Program-made: the position numbers and the translations under genes | Source: the human T2T-CHM13v2.0 reference genome, Homo sapiens | Assembly (NCBI RefSeq): GCF_009914755.1 | Contig: NC_060925.1 | Direction: 5' to 3' (one strand) | Length of the DNA stretch: 64,000 bases | The notes under the pieces: model-generated | Seen by the model: only the letters and a program-made list of their open reading frames with translations | Told to the model about the DNA's origin: nothing | Databases searched by the model: none | Shown: piece by piece, positions 13,455 through 26,667 of the stretch | How the letters are laid out: each line of letters opens with the position of its first letter | Numbering within the stretch: the first letter of the stretch is position 1

Positions 13455-14805
13455 TCGCCACAAAAAGAATAAAATACCAGGAATACAGTTAACCAGGGAG
13501 GGGAAAGATCTGTACAATGAGAAATGCAAAGCACTGCTCAAATAAATCAGAGATGACACAAACAGATATCATTGGTTTGTGTGACATTCCATGCTCATGA
13601 ATAGGAAGGACCAATATCGTTAAAATGGCCATATTGCCCAAAGCAATTTACAGATTCAGTGCTATTTCTATCAAACAAACAACGACATTCTTGGAATAAC
13701 TAGAAAAAAACTTTTTAAATTCATATAAAACCAAAAATGAGCCCAAATAGACAGAGAATCCTACACAAAAATAACAAAGGTGGAGGCATTGCATTACTTG
13801 ACTGCAAACTATACTACAGGGCTACAGTAAGCAAAACAGCATGAATCTGGTACAAAAACAGACACATAGACCGAAGAAAAAGAATAGAGAGCCCAGAAAT
13901 AAGGCCATCACACCTACCACCATCTGATCTTTGAGAAAGCTGACAAAAACAAGCAATGGGGAAAGGACTCCCTATTCAATAAATGTTGGGATAACTGGCT
14001 AGCCATATGCAGAAGATTGAAACTGGACCCCTTCCTTATACCATATATAAAAATCAACTCAAGTTGGAATAAAGACTTAAACGTAAAACCCAAAACTAAA
14101 AGCCTGAAAGACAATCTAGGCAATAGCATTCTGGACATAGGAAATAGGAACAGGCAAAGATTTCACGACAGAGATGCCAAAAGCAATGACAAATGGGATC
14201 AAATTAAATTAAAGAGCTTCTGCACAGCAAAACGAACTATCAACAGAGTGAACAGATAACCTATAGAGTGAGAGAAAAGTTTTGCAAACTATACATCTGG
14301 CAAAGGTCTGATAGCTGGCCTCTATAACAAACTTCAACAAATCTACAAGAAAAAAACAACCCTATTAAAAAGTGGGCAAAGGACATAAATAGACCCTTTT
14401 CAAAAGAAGACATACATGTGGCCAACAAGCATATGATCGCTGATCATCAGAGCAATGTCAATCAAAACCACAATGAAAGATACCATCTCACATCAGTCAG
14501 AATGTCTGTTATTAAAAAGTCAAGAAACAACAGTGCTAGTGAGGTTGCAGAGAAAAAGGAATGCTTAATAGGCTGATGTTGGGAGTGTAAATTACTTCAA
14601 CCATTACAGAAAACAGTGTGACAATTCCTCAAAGACCAAAAAAAACAGAACTACCATTATACCCAGCAATTCCATTCCTGCGTATATATCCAAAGGAATC
14701 TGAGTCATTCTATCATAAAGACGCATGCACATGTATATTCGTTGCAGCACTGTTCACAATAGCAAAGATATGGAACCAACCTAAATGCTCATCAATGGTA
14801 GACTG
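13455..14805 (+). mobile_element. Primate L1 (old L1PA/L1PB) ORF2 3' fragment
   Basis: ORF2 remnants [26 protein letters not shown]...[10 protein letters not shown] and ELPLYPAIPFLRIYPKE...WNQPKC, broken by frameshifts and stops. Confidence 0.9.
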
Positions 14806-15657
14806 ATATTTTCTTTTGTTACACCTTTTTAAATCCATCAGGGAAGGAAGAAAGAAAGAAATAATGCCTGCGCCCCACCTAGACCAATGAAGACATAAAG
14901 GGATATGGACATCAGAATATTTTTTAAAGTTTCTCAATAATGCTAATAATTTCTATAGTTGAGAATTATTACCCTAAACTGGAATCTAATTCATATGTGC
15001 TCCACATCCAAAATCTGATTCTCTTCCAGTATTTCTATTTGAGAAAAAGAAATCACTGTACCTGCAATTACATAAGCCAGAAAGCTGGGATTCATCAACT
15101 CCCTTTCCCTCATATTACATATTCCTTCATCAACAAGCCCTTTAATTTAATTCTTAAACTCCTCTCAAAGCTGACCATTCATTTGCATATTCACTATTGT
15201 CTTCATGCTGTAAGTAAGTAACACTTACATCTGACTTGGTCCATGAAAATACCATAACAACCCTTCACACTTGTCTTCAAGCAAACCATTCTCCCTCACT
15301 GCAGCCAAAGTGATCTTTAGGAAAAAATAATCTGTGCATATCATACGTTTTCCTTCCTTATCCTCATCCCTCATCTCCTGTCCTTCACATAAAACAGTTC
15401 AATAGAGTTCCATTTAAAAAAAAAATCTTAACATATCCAGTGATTCTCTTTAACACATAGCCTCTTCCTACTGTTCTGTCCTCATTTCACACCATGTCCC
15501 ACTTTGCCAGCGACACTCTAACCACTTTGGTTTTTTAGTCTATGTAACATATTTCTTTTTATACAAGGGCATTTACACTATTTGCTATGCATTTATGGAA
15601 TGTTCTTATCAATTCTCTTTGCCCAGTTGGATCCTATGCATTCTTTTGAATAAATCT

Positions 15658-16229
15658 TACTATCAGTTGAACTGTGTCCCATCAAAAGTCATACTGAAGC
15701 CCTAACCCTATGTGCCTGTGACTCTGACCTTATTTGGGTAGTGTCTTTTTGGATGTAATTGTTAAGATGAGTCCTACCGAATTAGGAAGAATCCTAATCC
15801 AGTACAACTGATGTCCTTATAAGAAGAGAAGACACACACGATCAGAGGAGAGGACCATATGATAATGCAGACAGAGGCTGGAGTGATGTAGCTACAAGCT
15901 AAGGAGCATCAAGGATTGCTGCCAGCTCTGTTTCTCATGCAGTGGGTGGTGGCTACACTGGGCACTCCTCTTTTCTTTTCTGGGTTCCCGGCCTTGCTGT
16001 GGGCAGACAAACCCCAGGAGGTAGCACAATCACATACTCTGGTGTCTGTGCAAACACCAGATGCTGGAAGAGACAAGGAAGGATTCTAGAGGTTTCAGAA
16101 AGAGCATGGCCCTTCTAACAACTTGATTTCAGCTTTCTAGCCTCCAGAACTCTTCAACAATGAATTAACTGTTGTGTTAAGCCACCAGTTTGTGATAATT
16201 TTTTAGTACAGGCCTAGAAAACTAATACA
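15658..16229 (+). mobile_element. MLT1 (B/C-like) MaLR LTR with a ~128-bp internal insertion
   Basis: gttgaactgtgtccc start, gaccttatttgg, agcctccagaact, ctagaaaactaataca end. Confidence 0.75.
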
Positions 16230-19200
16230 CATATTCAATAACATTTACTCAAGGAAGCTTTTCTTGACTTCAGTGGTTTGACCAAATCATTCTTCATGTG
16301 ATCATGTAGCACTTACCACAATTATAATTTTGCCTTTATTTGTGTAATTATTTGATTGCTTATCCTCTGAAGAGACTGTAAGCTCCTTCATAGCAGGAAG
16401 TTATAGGCTATAAAGTGTTTTAGTAGACAATATTTTCTTTATATGTTCAAATTTATGGTGTAAGCTAAATAGGCCAAGTTTGTTTGTTTCCAATTTGTAA
16501 TGGGTATCCTAACATTTTGAGGAGTTACATAGTTTTCCCAGGGTTGCACAATTTTTTACTAAAAGGTCAAGAATTAAAGCCTTGCCTTCTGCTTAAATAT
16601 TGCATTTTAAAATCACATGCAAAAAACGTACAGAGAATAATTACTTTTTTACTTGGATGGTTTTACCTCTTCCATAATAAAGTAGGAAGTGCTTCCTTCT
16701 TTGTATTTTATTGTAATAAGGGTTGATTCTATAAGGCATGGGTCAGGTGATCAGGCTGGCTTAAGGGAAATATTCTTTCTTTAAGCCATTGTAGTCTATC
16801 GCAACTGCCATAAAACATGAAAATATTGCGCAGAACTTTATACAAAATTACATTCTGTTGTACATTTAAATTGCTTGTATCAATGAGGGGTATAGTTAAA
16901 AAATATATTGACTTTAATTATTTGTATAAATCATGTAAATATCTGAAGCATTGAAAATATTTATATTACAAATATGTATAAATATACAAAATTATATTTA
17001 CATTATAAATATATGTTTTCAGTTCTTTTGGGATTCTGTGCCTTTTTTTTTTGGTTTGGAGAATTTTAAAAACTATTATTTAGATCTGCTCAGTGACCCA
17101 TGTTCATGGCAAGTTATTACTTTTAGTTTAAGGTCAGAGAAGCTTGGGACTATAAATGTAGGCAGGTAGTTTAAATTTCCTAAGGCTAATTTTTTAAAAT
17201 CTCTGTCATGGAGATAATATAAGTCAGTGGCACAGAGCTATTATTAACACTATATTAAACATGTTACAAGCATGTCACTATTTCATTGTATAACTGCAAA
17301 TATGTAACATGTTTAATATAGTGCACATAAATCAATGATTAATAGCAGCTATGATAATTTGTAACTGATTGTTCTGAAAAACTTCATTATATTCTATTGA
17401 TCTTAATTTATTTTGAATAACCCAAAACTATTCAACTAACTTGAGCTGTTAACCCAGCTGGCTAGATATAAAGAGAAGGCTTTGCACAAAGAAACATTTA
17501 GCACACATATGCATGCATACTTACACACACATACACACACACACAGAGTCAGAGCTAAATGCAATGATATATTAAAGAAATAATATGGGTTGAGATTCTC
17601 TTAGAATGGGAGTGGGGCTGGGATGGTATTCCTATGACAATTCTATGCCATAAAGCTTACTGAACTGAATGAGGAGGCTTCCATAAGGTGACATGGATGT
17701 TTTATGTTCCCTCAATCAATAGGAACATGGAAACACCTTTATAAAGTGTGCACATGGGCATACAGTTCAGAGATTAATTGAGAGACTTGGTTTATCTATT
17801 CTAACAAATGTTGGTTAAATTGCATTTTGTTTTCCTCCAGAACTATCAATAGTTTTTCTTTCTTAGATTGAATACATAAATCAAAAGAGCATACTTCATG
17901 AACTGTGATTATGAAACTCCTATCCTTCATATATTGATTCCTAAAACTTTATTTACCCATGCATTTTTTTCTTCATTGTATCATATTAGAACTGCTCTTT
18001 TTCACACTATTGTAGCTAGAGTCATCTATGGCTCTTGAATTGTCAATGTATCAAGGAGCCCTGAAAATAGCATAGAAAATGTGAACAAGCCCAATGCTAA
18101 ATCATTTCTTGGTTCCACAGCTGTAGTATTTCATCAGCTTCAAATCGTAGTAATTGTTTTACTGCAATTCTGCATAATTACTAGAAGGATGACTATACTG
18201 ATGATTCTTTGACACTATTTGGGCTATAAAATGTGTGGAACTGCTTAAGGCAAAATATATTGTCAAAGAAAACCCTAAAGTTTTACTTTTAAATGAAATG
18301 CCACTAAACACATATACTTATTTCCATATTGTTTTACCTACCAATCCATAACGAAATGCTAAAGTAAATTTTTTTACATATTTCAAAACTTTTATAAGAG
18401 TAACCAAAGGAAATCTTATAACTACAGCATGTGCTGATTTAATATGAAAACTAAGCTTTAAAAATTTTGCTAATATGATCAGTGTTCCCTATATGATAAT
18501 AAAAACTATGAATTGATTTTTTCTAGTTTTAGTATAAAAAATGACACAATGAATTTTAGCTTGATATAATTTGAAATAGCCAATATATTAAACCCCAAAG
18601 TAAAATTTCAATTGGCAATCCTGTCAGATTCAAGTCCATAAATGAATATTAATTTAAACACTAATCATTTTCCAACAGATTGACACTTTAAAATGCTAGT
18701 TTTGGAATAAAAGCTGTGAGATTCATTACCATAGCAATATTGAGCATATTGTCTATTTGTTTGTTTAGGAAATTCGATTTCCAATTTTGGTATGTCTGGA
18801 TTTCCTGACATCTTTTCCCCCAGATATTTAATTATTTAAAATAATTTTTTTTCTGATTTTGGTAAATTAGAATTCTGATTTTACTGATGGAAAGCTGATA
18901 CAAGTGAACTGTCTGAGATAAAGCATAAGTTGAGATCTGCTAATTAATTTTATGCCACCAGGTATAAGCTAACCAGTAAAAAATCACTATAAGCAACGAA
19001 CTAAAATTCTGGTTTCTGGGCCATTCCACGAATAGAGTTGTATGTTTTATTTTTTCACATGCACAGAAACACACACACTATATAAATTCATCAATTTGTG
19101 GCCATTTGGAAGATGGGTGAAAATCCACATATACATAAAGTGCAGGTTTGTAGTTTGAAACTTGACTAAACAAGATTATTAATCATTTGTTCTGTCCTAT

Positions 19201-19839
19201 GCCCAGCATGATAAAAGTCCCTAATCCCCAAATTAAATGGAGTTTAGATGCATTATATAATCATGCAACAGTAAGTTACATTTTATACTAAAATATTTTT
19301 TCTGGAAATGTTCTTGCAGTTATACAATGGAATAGTAACAATCTACATTTCTCTATATTTTGTCCAGAAAATCTAGCAAAAAAATGTTTTTATGTAAATG
19401 CCAAGCAGCATGGGAGAAGAGAAAAAAAGCACAAGACTGATCATTGGTTAATGGGGCTGGCTCTGTCACTTACTACCTAAATAACCCTACACAACTCAAC
19501 AGCTTGCCATACTTTAATGACTTGTGCTACACTCCACACTCCACTTACTTGTTTATGAAGAATTCAAAAGGCCCTCATTTTGTTCATCTAGTTCAATCTT
19601 CTTATGTAAATAGGAAAACTGAGTCAAATGACTCAGTTTGAGACGTCAAGGCGGGCAGGGTATAGGTGTGAGCCACTGTGCCCAGCTTCCATTACTTCTT
19701 ATAACAACGTTTAAGCAATTAGTACATTCCTTATTAAACAACTATCATATGGATTCCTATAAATTTTATTCTTAAGACTACAGAGTAGCATAACCTAAAT
19801 CAGATTTCCCAACTCCTAATCTCCTGTCCTTCCTGTCAC

Positions 19840-20156
19840 TTTTTTTTTTTTTTTTTTTTTTTTTCAGACAGGATCTTGCTCTTTCGCCCAGGCTGGAATG
19901 CAGTGGCATGATCATGGGTCACTGAAGCCTTGACTTCCAGGCTTAGGTGATCTTTTCACTTTAGCCCCAACCTCCTGAGTAGCTGGGTCTACAGACACGC
20001 ACCATCACACCTGGCTAATTTTTTTAGGGTGTTTTTTCGTAGAGATGAGGTTTTGCCATGTTGCCCAGGCTGGCCTCGAACTCCTGGTTCGAGCTATCCG
20101 TTCACTTCTACCTCCCAAAATGCTGGGATTACAGGCATGAACCACTGCGCCTGGCC
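19840..20156 (-). mobile_element. AluJ
   Basis: Poly-T tail, J-type motifs (gatcatgg...cactgaagccttgac, ttgccatgttgcccagg). Confidence 0.9.
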
Positions 20157-20213
20157 TCCATTATTTCTTATAACAACTTTTGAGTAATCAGTACATTCCT
20201 TTTTCAAAATCTA

Positions 20214-20502
<289 letters not shown>

Positions 20503-21749
20503 AAAATCTATAATATGGATTTTTATAAATTTCATAATACCTTAAACATATTCAGACTGTTGTCCAATATAAAGGAACCTTATATAGAGCTCCATTTTAG
20601 AGTAAATAATTGCTCTTTAATTTTCATTTGAATAAATCCAGATTCCCATAATGCTGCATACCCCTCAAATATTTAATAAGTGCTAGATGATTAAATGACA
20701 GATCTGAATGGTTTTCTAACATTTTGTGACTGCCTAGTTCTGTAGTTTTAATATAAAATGCAGAATAGTTTAAAACTTATGCAAAAAAATAAATAAAAGA
20801 GTGTACAAATCGAAAAGGACAAGTTTTCTCTTGATAGTCAAACAGTTATGAAATAAAGCAGTCTCATTAAATCATAAGTACTTTAACCTTTTCTTGAAAG
20901 AAGAGAAAGATTTAAAGATTCATGAAGAAATTTTGCCTAAACTAGTAAATGACTCATATTTGACATGTATTGAAATGATAATGCTGATTTCAGTAGGCAC
21001 TCTAAGAGCATTTTATCCCCAAGGGAGTAATTCAGTCATGGTTACCGCTCTGCATTTAGATTTTAAACTTTCTTTGTGAAGCTTTTAATGTACTACTGCC
21101 TGCCAAAACATGGCACAGTTTCACAGATAACACAAAATAAAGGCAAGTAAAGATAATTTTTTTGTCATTGTTGATACAAAAATATGCAACAAACATATCT
21201 ATTTGGCATCTTCTGCAAAGATGGCACTGTCTTTAAAAGTTTCTATTTCTACGTTTTTAATATTAAAACCCAATTCTGTAGGACTGGTCAGTGGGCAGAA
21301 TGGAGACTTCAAGACAATGGAAACTTCAAGACTAGGACAAATTGGTCTCCTATCTGTTAACTACTGAACACATGGAGAATAAGCATTGAGAATCAGAAAC
21401 CATCATGTCCTATGCACAAGGCTTGACGTCAGACATGACGTCCCCTTTGTGTATCATTTCAACCCTAGTTGTGTATGAAAACTCTGACCCCTGCCAATCA
21501 CATTTGCTAAACTCATATCTTAGTATCTGAAAGCCAAAACAATGAACAATTATCAAGACCCTCTGAGGACGCACACTCATTATCTGCTTCAAGATTAAAA
21601 AAAAAAAAAAAAGTGAGAAATCAAAGATAATTTTTATAAAATGAACAAGGATGTAAATGTCCTCTAGTTCAAATGAGGTTCACATGAGCCACTGGATGGA
21701 TGCTCATATGAGAGCTCATACTGGAAACTGTGGTACCCAGCACCCCAAG

Positions 21750-22170
21750 TTACATGATTTGGCTCTGTGTCCCCACCCAAACCTCATGTCCAATTGTAAT
21801 CCCCAGCTTTGGTGGTGGGGCCTGATGGGAGGTTATTGGAACATGTAGACGTTTTCTCATCAGTACTTTAACACCATCCACCTAGTGCTAGTCTCCTGAT
21901 AGAATTCTCATGAGATCTGGTGGTTTAAAAGTGTGAAGTACCTCCCTTTCTTTCTTTTCCTCCCTATTCTGGCCACATGAAGTGCTTGCTCAGCCTTTGT
22001 CTGCTGCCGTGATTGTAAGTTTTCTAAGGTCTCCCCAGAAGCTGAGCAGATGCCAGAATCATGCTTCCTGTATAGCCCACAGAACCATGAGCCAATTGAA
22101 CCTCTTTTCTTTATAATAAATTACCCAGTCTCCGGTATTTTTTATAGTAGTGGAAGAATGGACTAATACA
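21750..22170 (+). mobile_element. MST (MSTA-like) MaLR solo LTR
   Basis: atgatttggctctgtgtccccacccaaa...gattgtaagttt...aattacccagtctc...ggactaataca. Confidence 0.85.
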
Positions 22171-22844
22171 CCTGGTTTGAAAGGCAGGTGTGGCTTTAAC
22201 TGTATTGGGCCATTCCAGTGCCCTGAAAAAACAAAAGGATGAACTGTGCCTCTCTTCTGGAGACTGTAAATACCAGACATGTCACAGCTCTCTCAGCCTT
22301 TAGCAGCTTCTAAGGCTCATACAAACTGTGGTTGACAACTAAAATAATAATATAACACCTTTTGAGTGCCTCAAGTGTAAAGTTCATTAGTTCTAAGGTC
22401 ACCATTTTAATGCAACAGACAAATTTTATTCACATCATCAGCTGCTGAGAAAGACAGATGTAAAAATCAAGCTGGGGTATTAATACATCCATGACTAGTA
22501 AAATTAGTACCAGACATCAAATGAGCCCTTACACATTTTTAAACAAAATAGAATATACGAACCCAAGAAAACAAAAATTTTCTGAGGATATTACAATTAC
22601 AGATAGCATTGTCTTTAAGTTTCTGTGAGAGCTTTTACAGCAATTTTGGGGGAGGAAATGCTAGTATATCAAGAGATACATCATTAGGTCATTTAAATAT
22701 TTTTCTTCTTTAGTTGTCATTTATACACACCTGAAATCTAAAAGATACTGCTGCAGATTTTGTGAGTAGATGCCATTTAAAAGAGAGAAAGGAAGACAAA
22801 TCCTTGTGTTTAACCAAATGTTAAATATTTTTTATTTTACTCAC

Positions 22845-23010
22845 CTGCACACTAAGATGAATCCATTTCTTCACAAGAATTCTCCCCAGTGTCATTACTT
22901 TTATTGGAGGTTGCAAACCATTTACTGTGCGATAATAAAACATGGTCTCTTTCTCAGATATTGTAAGTTTGAACACAATCTGCCCATCTACTGTCTTTTC
23001 TATAACACAC
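22845..23010 (-). CDS. USH2A: USH2A exon 3 (166 nt, c.486-651), aa 162-217, LamG-like domain
   Basis: Acceptor ctctcttttccggttgcttcctaag|G; the first G completes the Met162 codon split from exon 2. Reads CVIEKTVDGQIVFKLTISEKETMFYYRTVNGLQPPIKVMTLGRILVKKWIHLSVQ. Donor CAG|GTGAGT. Confidence 0.97.
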
Positions 23011-26000
23011 CTTAGGAAGCAACCGGAAAAGAGAGAAAAGGTCAGCATCCAACCAAAAAGACATGCTAAGGTATTGTGCAGTTACAGTGGTGTTAAAATG
23101 ACCTCAAACTTTGCTCAAAATGGTGTACTATGAATAAGTGCCTGAATGTCATTATATTCAATGAAAGCTTTATTCCAATGAAGAAGCCCCTTTATTTCAA
23201 TAAAAAATAGAATTCTTATTTACAATATATTCCCCAGAGCCTCAGCACCCTTCATTAGAGATTCATGATGGAAACTAAAGTGGTTGAATCATTCTGCAAA
23301 ACTAACATTTAGGTTATTGGCTCATTAGTTCTCCTGCTATTTCTTTTAGAGGAAGTGGTACAACACACTACAGGCCGCTTGAGTATTAAGTCATCAGTGC
23401 AAAAATTTTTTTTTAATGTAAAGCAAATTTAGTGTCCATGGAAGGCTCTAAATTGGTAGCCCTGAAGTCAGAATCACTCTATTTAATTCCCATGGTGAAA
23501 TGAAGAATGGACAGCTATAGTCTCTACTCACCCCATCATCAACTGGCACAAAGCCAAAGCCAGTGTCTGTAAGATGACTGGCTACCTCTCCATGACCGTA
23601 CAGTCCAACTGAGGTACTGAGATCATGTTAAATATCTGAGGTGAAAGGTCCTTCAGCCTTCTAGAACACAGTGAAATAAGATTTTGAAAAACTAGAAGAG
23701 TTTTCAGAAAACTTCCAGGTCTTGTGTCAGGGCAGTTATCAAATTATTTTAAGTTATCTCTACCCTTATTAGAGTGACACACCTTTCAGACCTTGAGGTC
23801 TCTTCTTCACCTGGTTACCTCCTACTTAGCTTTGGTATCTGAATGATTATGCTTGGTCCTGGCACCCTTCTTCCTGCTCAGGGTCGGTTGAGGGGTCTCA
23901 CTTTGTGCTCACTTAACACACTGTGCTGCCTAGGTAATAACACTCATCCATCTGTACACTCCATTAGATCATTTAGATCATGAGTATTCTGAGGATACAC
24001 ACACAAACACCTAGGATACAGTAGTCTCTCAAAAAATGATGAGTTTGTGATCAAATTTGGTAGGAAGTATCAGAGAGGCAAATGTATAAAATTGAGCCAA
24101 TCAAGAATTACTGCTAAAGATGGTTTAAAGCTTTCCTTAAAGGGCATGTTTTTCACACATAATTTCTTCTCACTTGCATCTATCACTTGCATCTATTTTT
24201 TTCCTGAGTTGGGAGGTAAGAATAAGATTGTAAAACACTAATAGTCCCTCATTTACTGTCACAATTTTACTATATTTTGTATGTATATTTGGTATAAAGT
24301 TATGAGTGCAAGTATATTTTTAATTTAGGCAAATAGATTTAGATGACATAAAGGTTTTATATAAGTAGAAATAAAAGTTTTATATAAATTCTACTGCAAA
24401 TTATATTTTTAACCCTTCAGTAGTTGAATATTTCTAATTTACTGAAGTGAATTTGTTTTTATCCCTACCCATCAGGTCTTAACCTGAAAAGAGTTTGCCC
24501 CTATTCATTTTTCTTCTGTTTAAATCTACAAGTGAGAATTCGACCATTACTCAAGAATGTATTTACCAAATGCAGACTTATTTTCCCAAGCTTACTGAAA
24601 ATGCATTTCTTAATATGTTATTGATTATCTTCCTTGCTATTTTGTTTGCTTGTAAACATACTAGCTTTGGTAGATAATAAATGTGAGAGGAAGGCAGGTA
24701 GCAAAATATTTAGGAACTGGATTTATTCTGCTCCTGAATAAACAATAATTGGATAATCCATGTTTTGTTTGTTTTACTTATCTAGTGCAAACACCCCGAA
24801 ATTCCCCCAATTCCCAAAGGTATTTTAATTTTGAAAATGGAAACGACCTTGATACAAGGAACTCTCAAAACCATTAACCATGTTCTTCCAACCCTGTAAA
24901 TACTTCTCTGTCTTATTTATACAAAATGATGTCAATAGAAGATGAATTTGGTACAGATATGTCCCTACAAGCTCAGAAGGATATTTTATCTTAGCCCTAT
25001 TTGTCAAAAGACAATGTTTTAAGACTCTTCAGATGTTAATTATATAAACTGAGTAGCTTGAATTTACTAGAATTTCAAACAGTAAGAAAACAAGGTTTTC
25101 TTTGAGGAGAGATGTAGAAATGGGAATGGTTTGTGATTAATTTTGTGATTAATCCAAATTTAAAACAAAATGAAGACATGCCAACTTTCACTTGGCAAAT
25201 TGAAACTAAACACCAAAAACATTTAAGTCCTATTTGCTTATGAGATTGTAATCCTTTTCTGGTTTGTTTCACAAGTTTTTAGATATCCAGCCAACGCTGT
25301 CACACACAGAAAATGTCACAAGAGAAAGGGCCAAAAGCCCTCTAGGAAGAAAAAAGATAAGCAAAAATTCCTCAAAACTGTCCTGTATATTAAAATCTCC
25401 AGGTTGGCAATAAATATTTAGAAGAAACTCATTAGATATCAGCTTGAGAAAAGATTACAGAATGAAAAACTGGTGATTAAATAACAAAAAATGGCAGTAA
25501 TAAGACCCAGACTCATTGAAGGCATTTCTCTGGGATGAACAGCATGAAAGCTTTTGAGAATCTCTCACACTTACCTACATATTTCCTAACTAATTGGAAA
25601 ATGAAAATACCACAAGATAAAGAACTAAAAGCTATATGTTTTTAGAGATGGAGGGTTATTTATATATTCAATTTATATTACTGAACATCTTCCATGAGTC
25701 AAACAAACAGCTCTTCTTGGGGAAACGAGGATGAAGAAAACAGTCCCAAGGACTGGGAGAACTATCTGCCTAATGAAAATGTTATACCCTAGTAAGGAAA
25801 TGTTGATTATATAAACCCAGTTCAAGATTTTGAAAATATTAATTATTTGTATTAATTACAAGTTTCCATGCCTTAAAACTCACTCTGAGTCTTCTTTAGG
25901 CTTTGAAGGCTAAGACCAAAGGTCGCGCTAAGCTATAGAAAATAAATGATTCCTGCATAAACACATTTGCCTTTGATAAACTATTTTCACATTTTTTTTC

Positions 26001-26182
26001 ATGGTCCATTTCATCCATAGAAGAGAAAAAAATTTTAATTGGGGAAACAACTGGAAGAGTTAGTCTTCAATACCATGAATTCTATATAGCCTTCACTTCC
26101 GGTTTGGAATTCAGGCTGAAATGATCTTCACTACTACTGGTTTTGGGGACCTATGAAAGCTTATACCTACACTACTACTTAC

Positions 26183-26667
26183 ATTACACCTTGTTGCTCA
26201 GGTTTCAGCCATACAGCTAAGGTAAATGATGCCATCAGCTTTGGAGAAGGAGGAGAAGAAAAGCAGCTCTTGTGATTTCCAAAAATAAAACTTGCAGAAT
26301 TGCTATGGGCGTTAGGATGCAGATCATTCTTGTCTGGTGTGATGCAGCTACTGAGGCCTGCTGAGAAAAGGGCAGTGTAGGTAGGGTGTGAAGATCTGTA
26401 TGGGCAATCCTGAATACAAAACCGCTGGGTACAGAACTGAATACTTTCAGCAGCAGCAGAGCTGTGACAAAAAGTGCTTCGGTCTGGGAGTCCACATACT
26501 GCTTGGGTTGGCACGATGGAAACTTTCTTGAAAGCTCCCACGTTCTCCAGCCTTGGGAAAAGACCTCGTGACTCAGTCAAGGATATTGAAGCAAAATAGG
26601 CAAAGATCAACATTTCAATGACCTGAAACAAGAAGCCAGAGCCCAATGAAAGAACTGGGCAATTCAT
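26183..26667 (-). CDS. USH2A: USH2A (usherin) coding part of exon 2, c.1-485, aa 1-162: signal peptide, Cys-rich N-terminus, start of the LamG-like domain
   Basis: ORF MNCPVLSLGSGFLFQVIEMLIFAYFASISLTESRGLFPRLENVGAFKK...WLKPEQQGVM is recognised as the human usherin N-terminus. It has a hydrophobic leader and ends at the donor AT|GTAAGT (GT at 26182-26181). Confidence 0.97.

Noticed and set aside
14017-14806. ORFs resembling an RT-associated C-terminal domain
   Set aside because: Broken fragments of L1 ORF2 with stops and frameshifts; not an active element or a new RT system.
15922-16058. H/ACA snoRNA retrocopy (ACA near the 3' end)
   Set aside because: No convincing two-hairpin/H-box layout, poly(A) or TSD; the ACA belongs to the resumed LTR.
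26179-26667. Stand-alone 162-aa protein as given by the ORF track
   Set aside because: The stop is intronic (AT|GTAAGT donor); this is USH2A exon 2, which splices in frame to exon 3.
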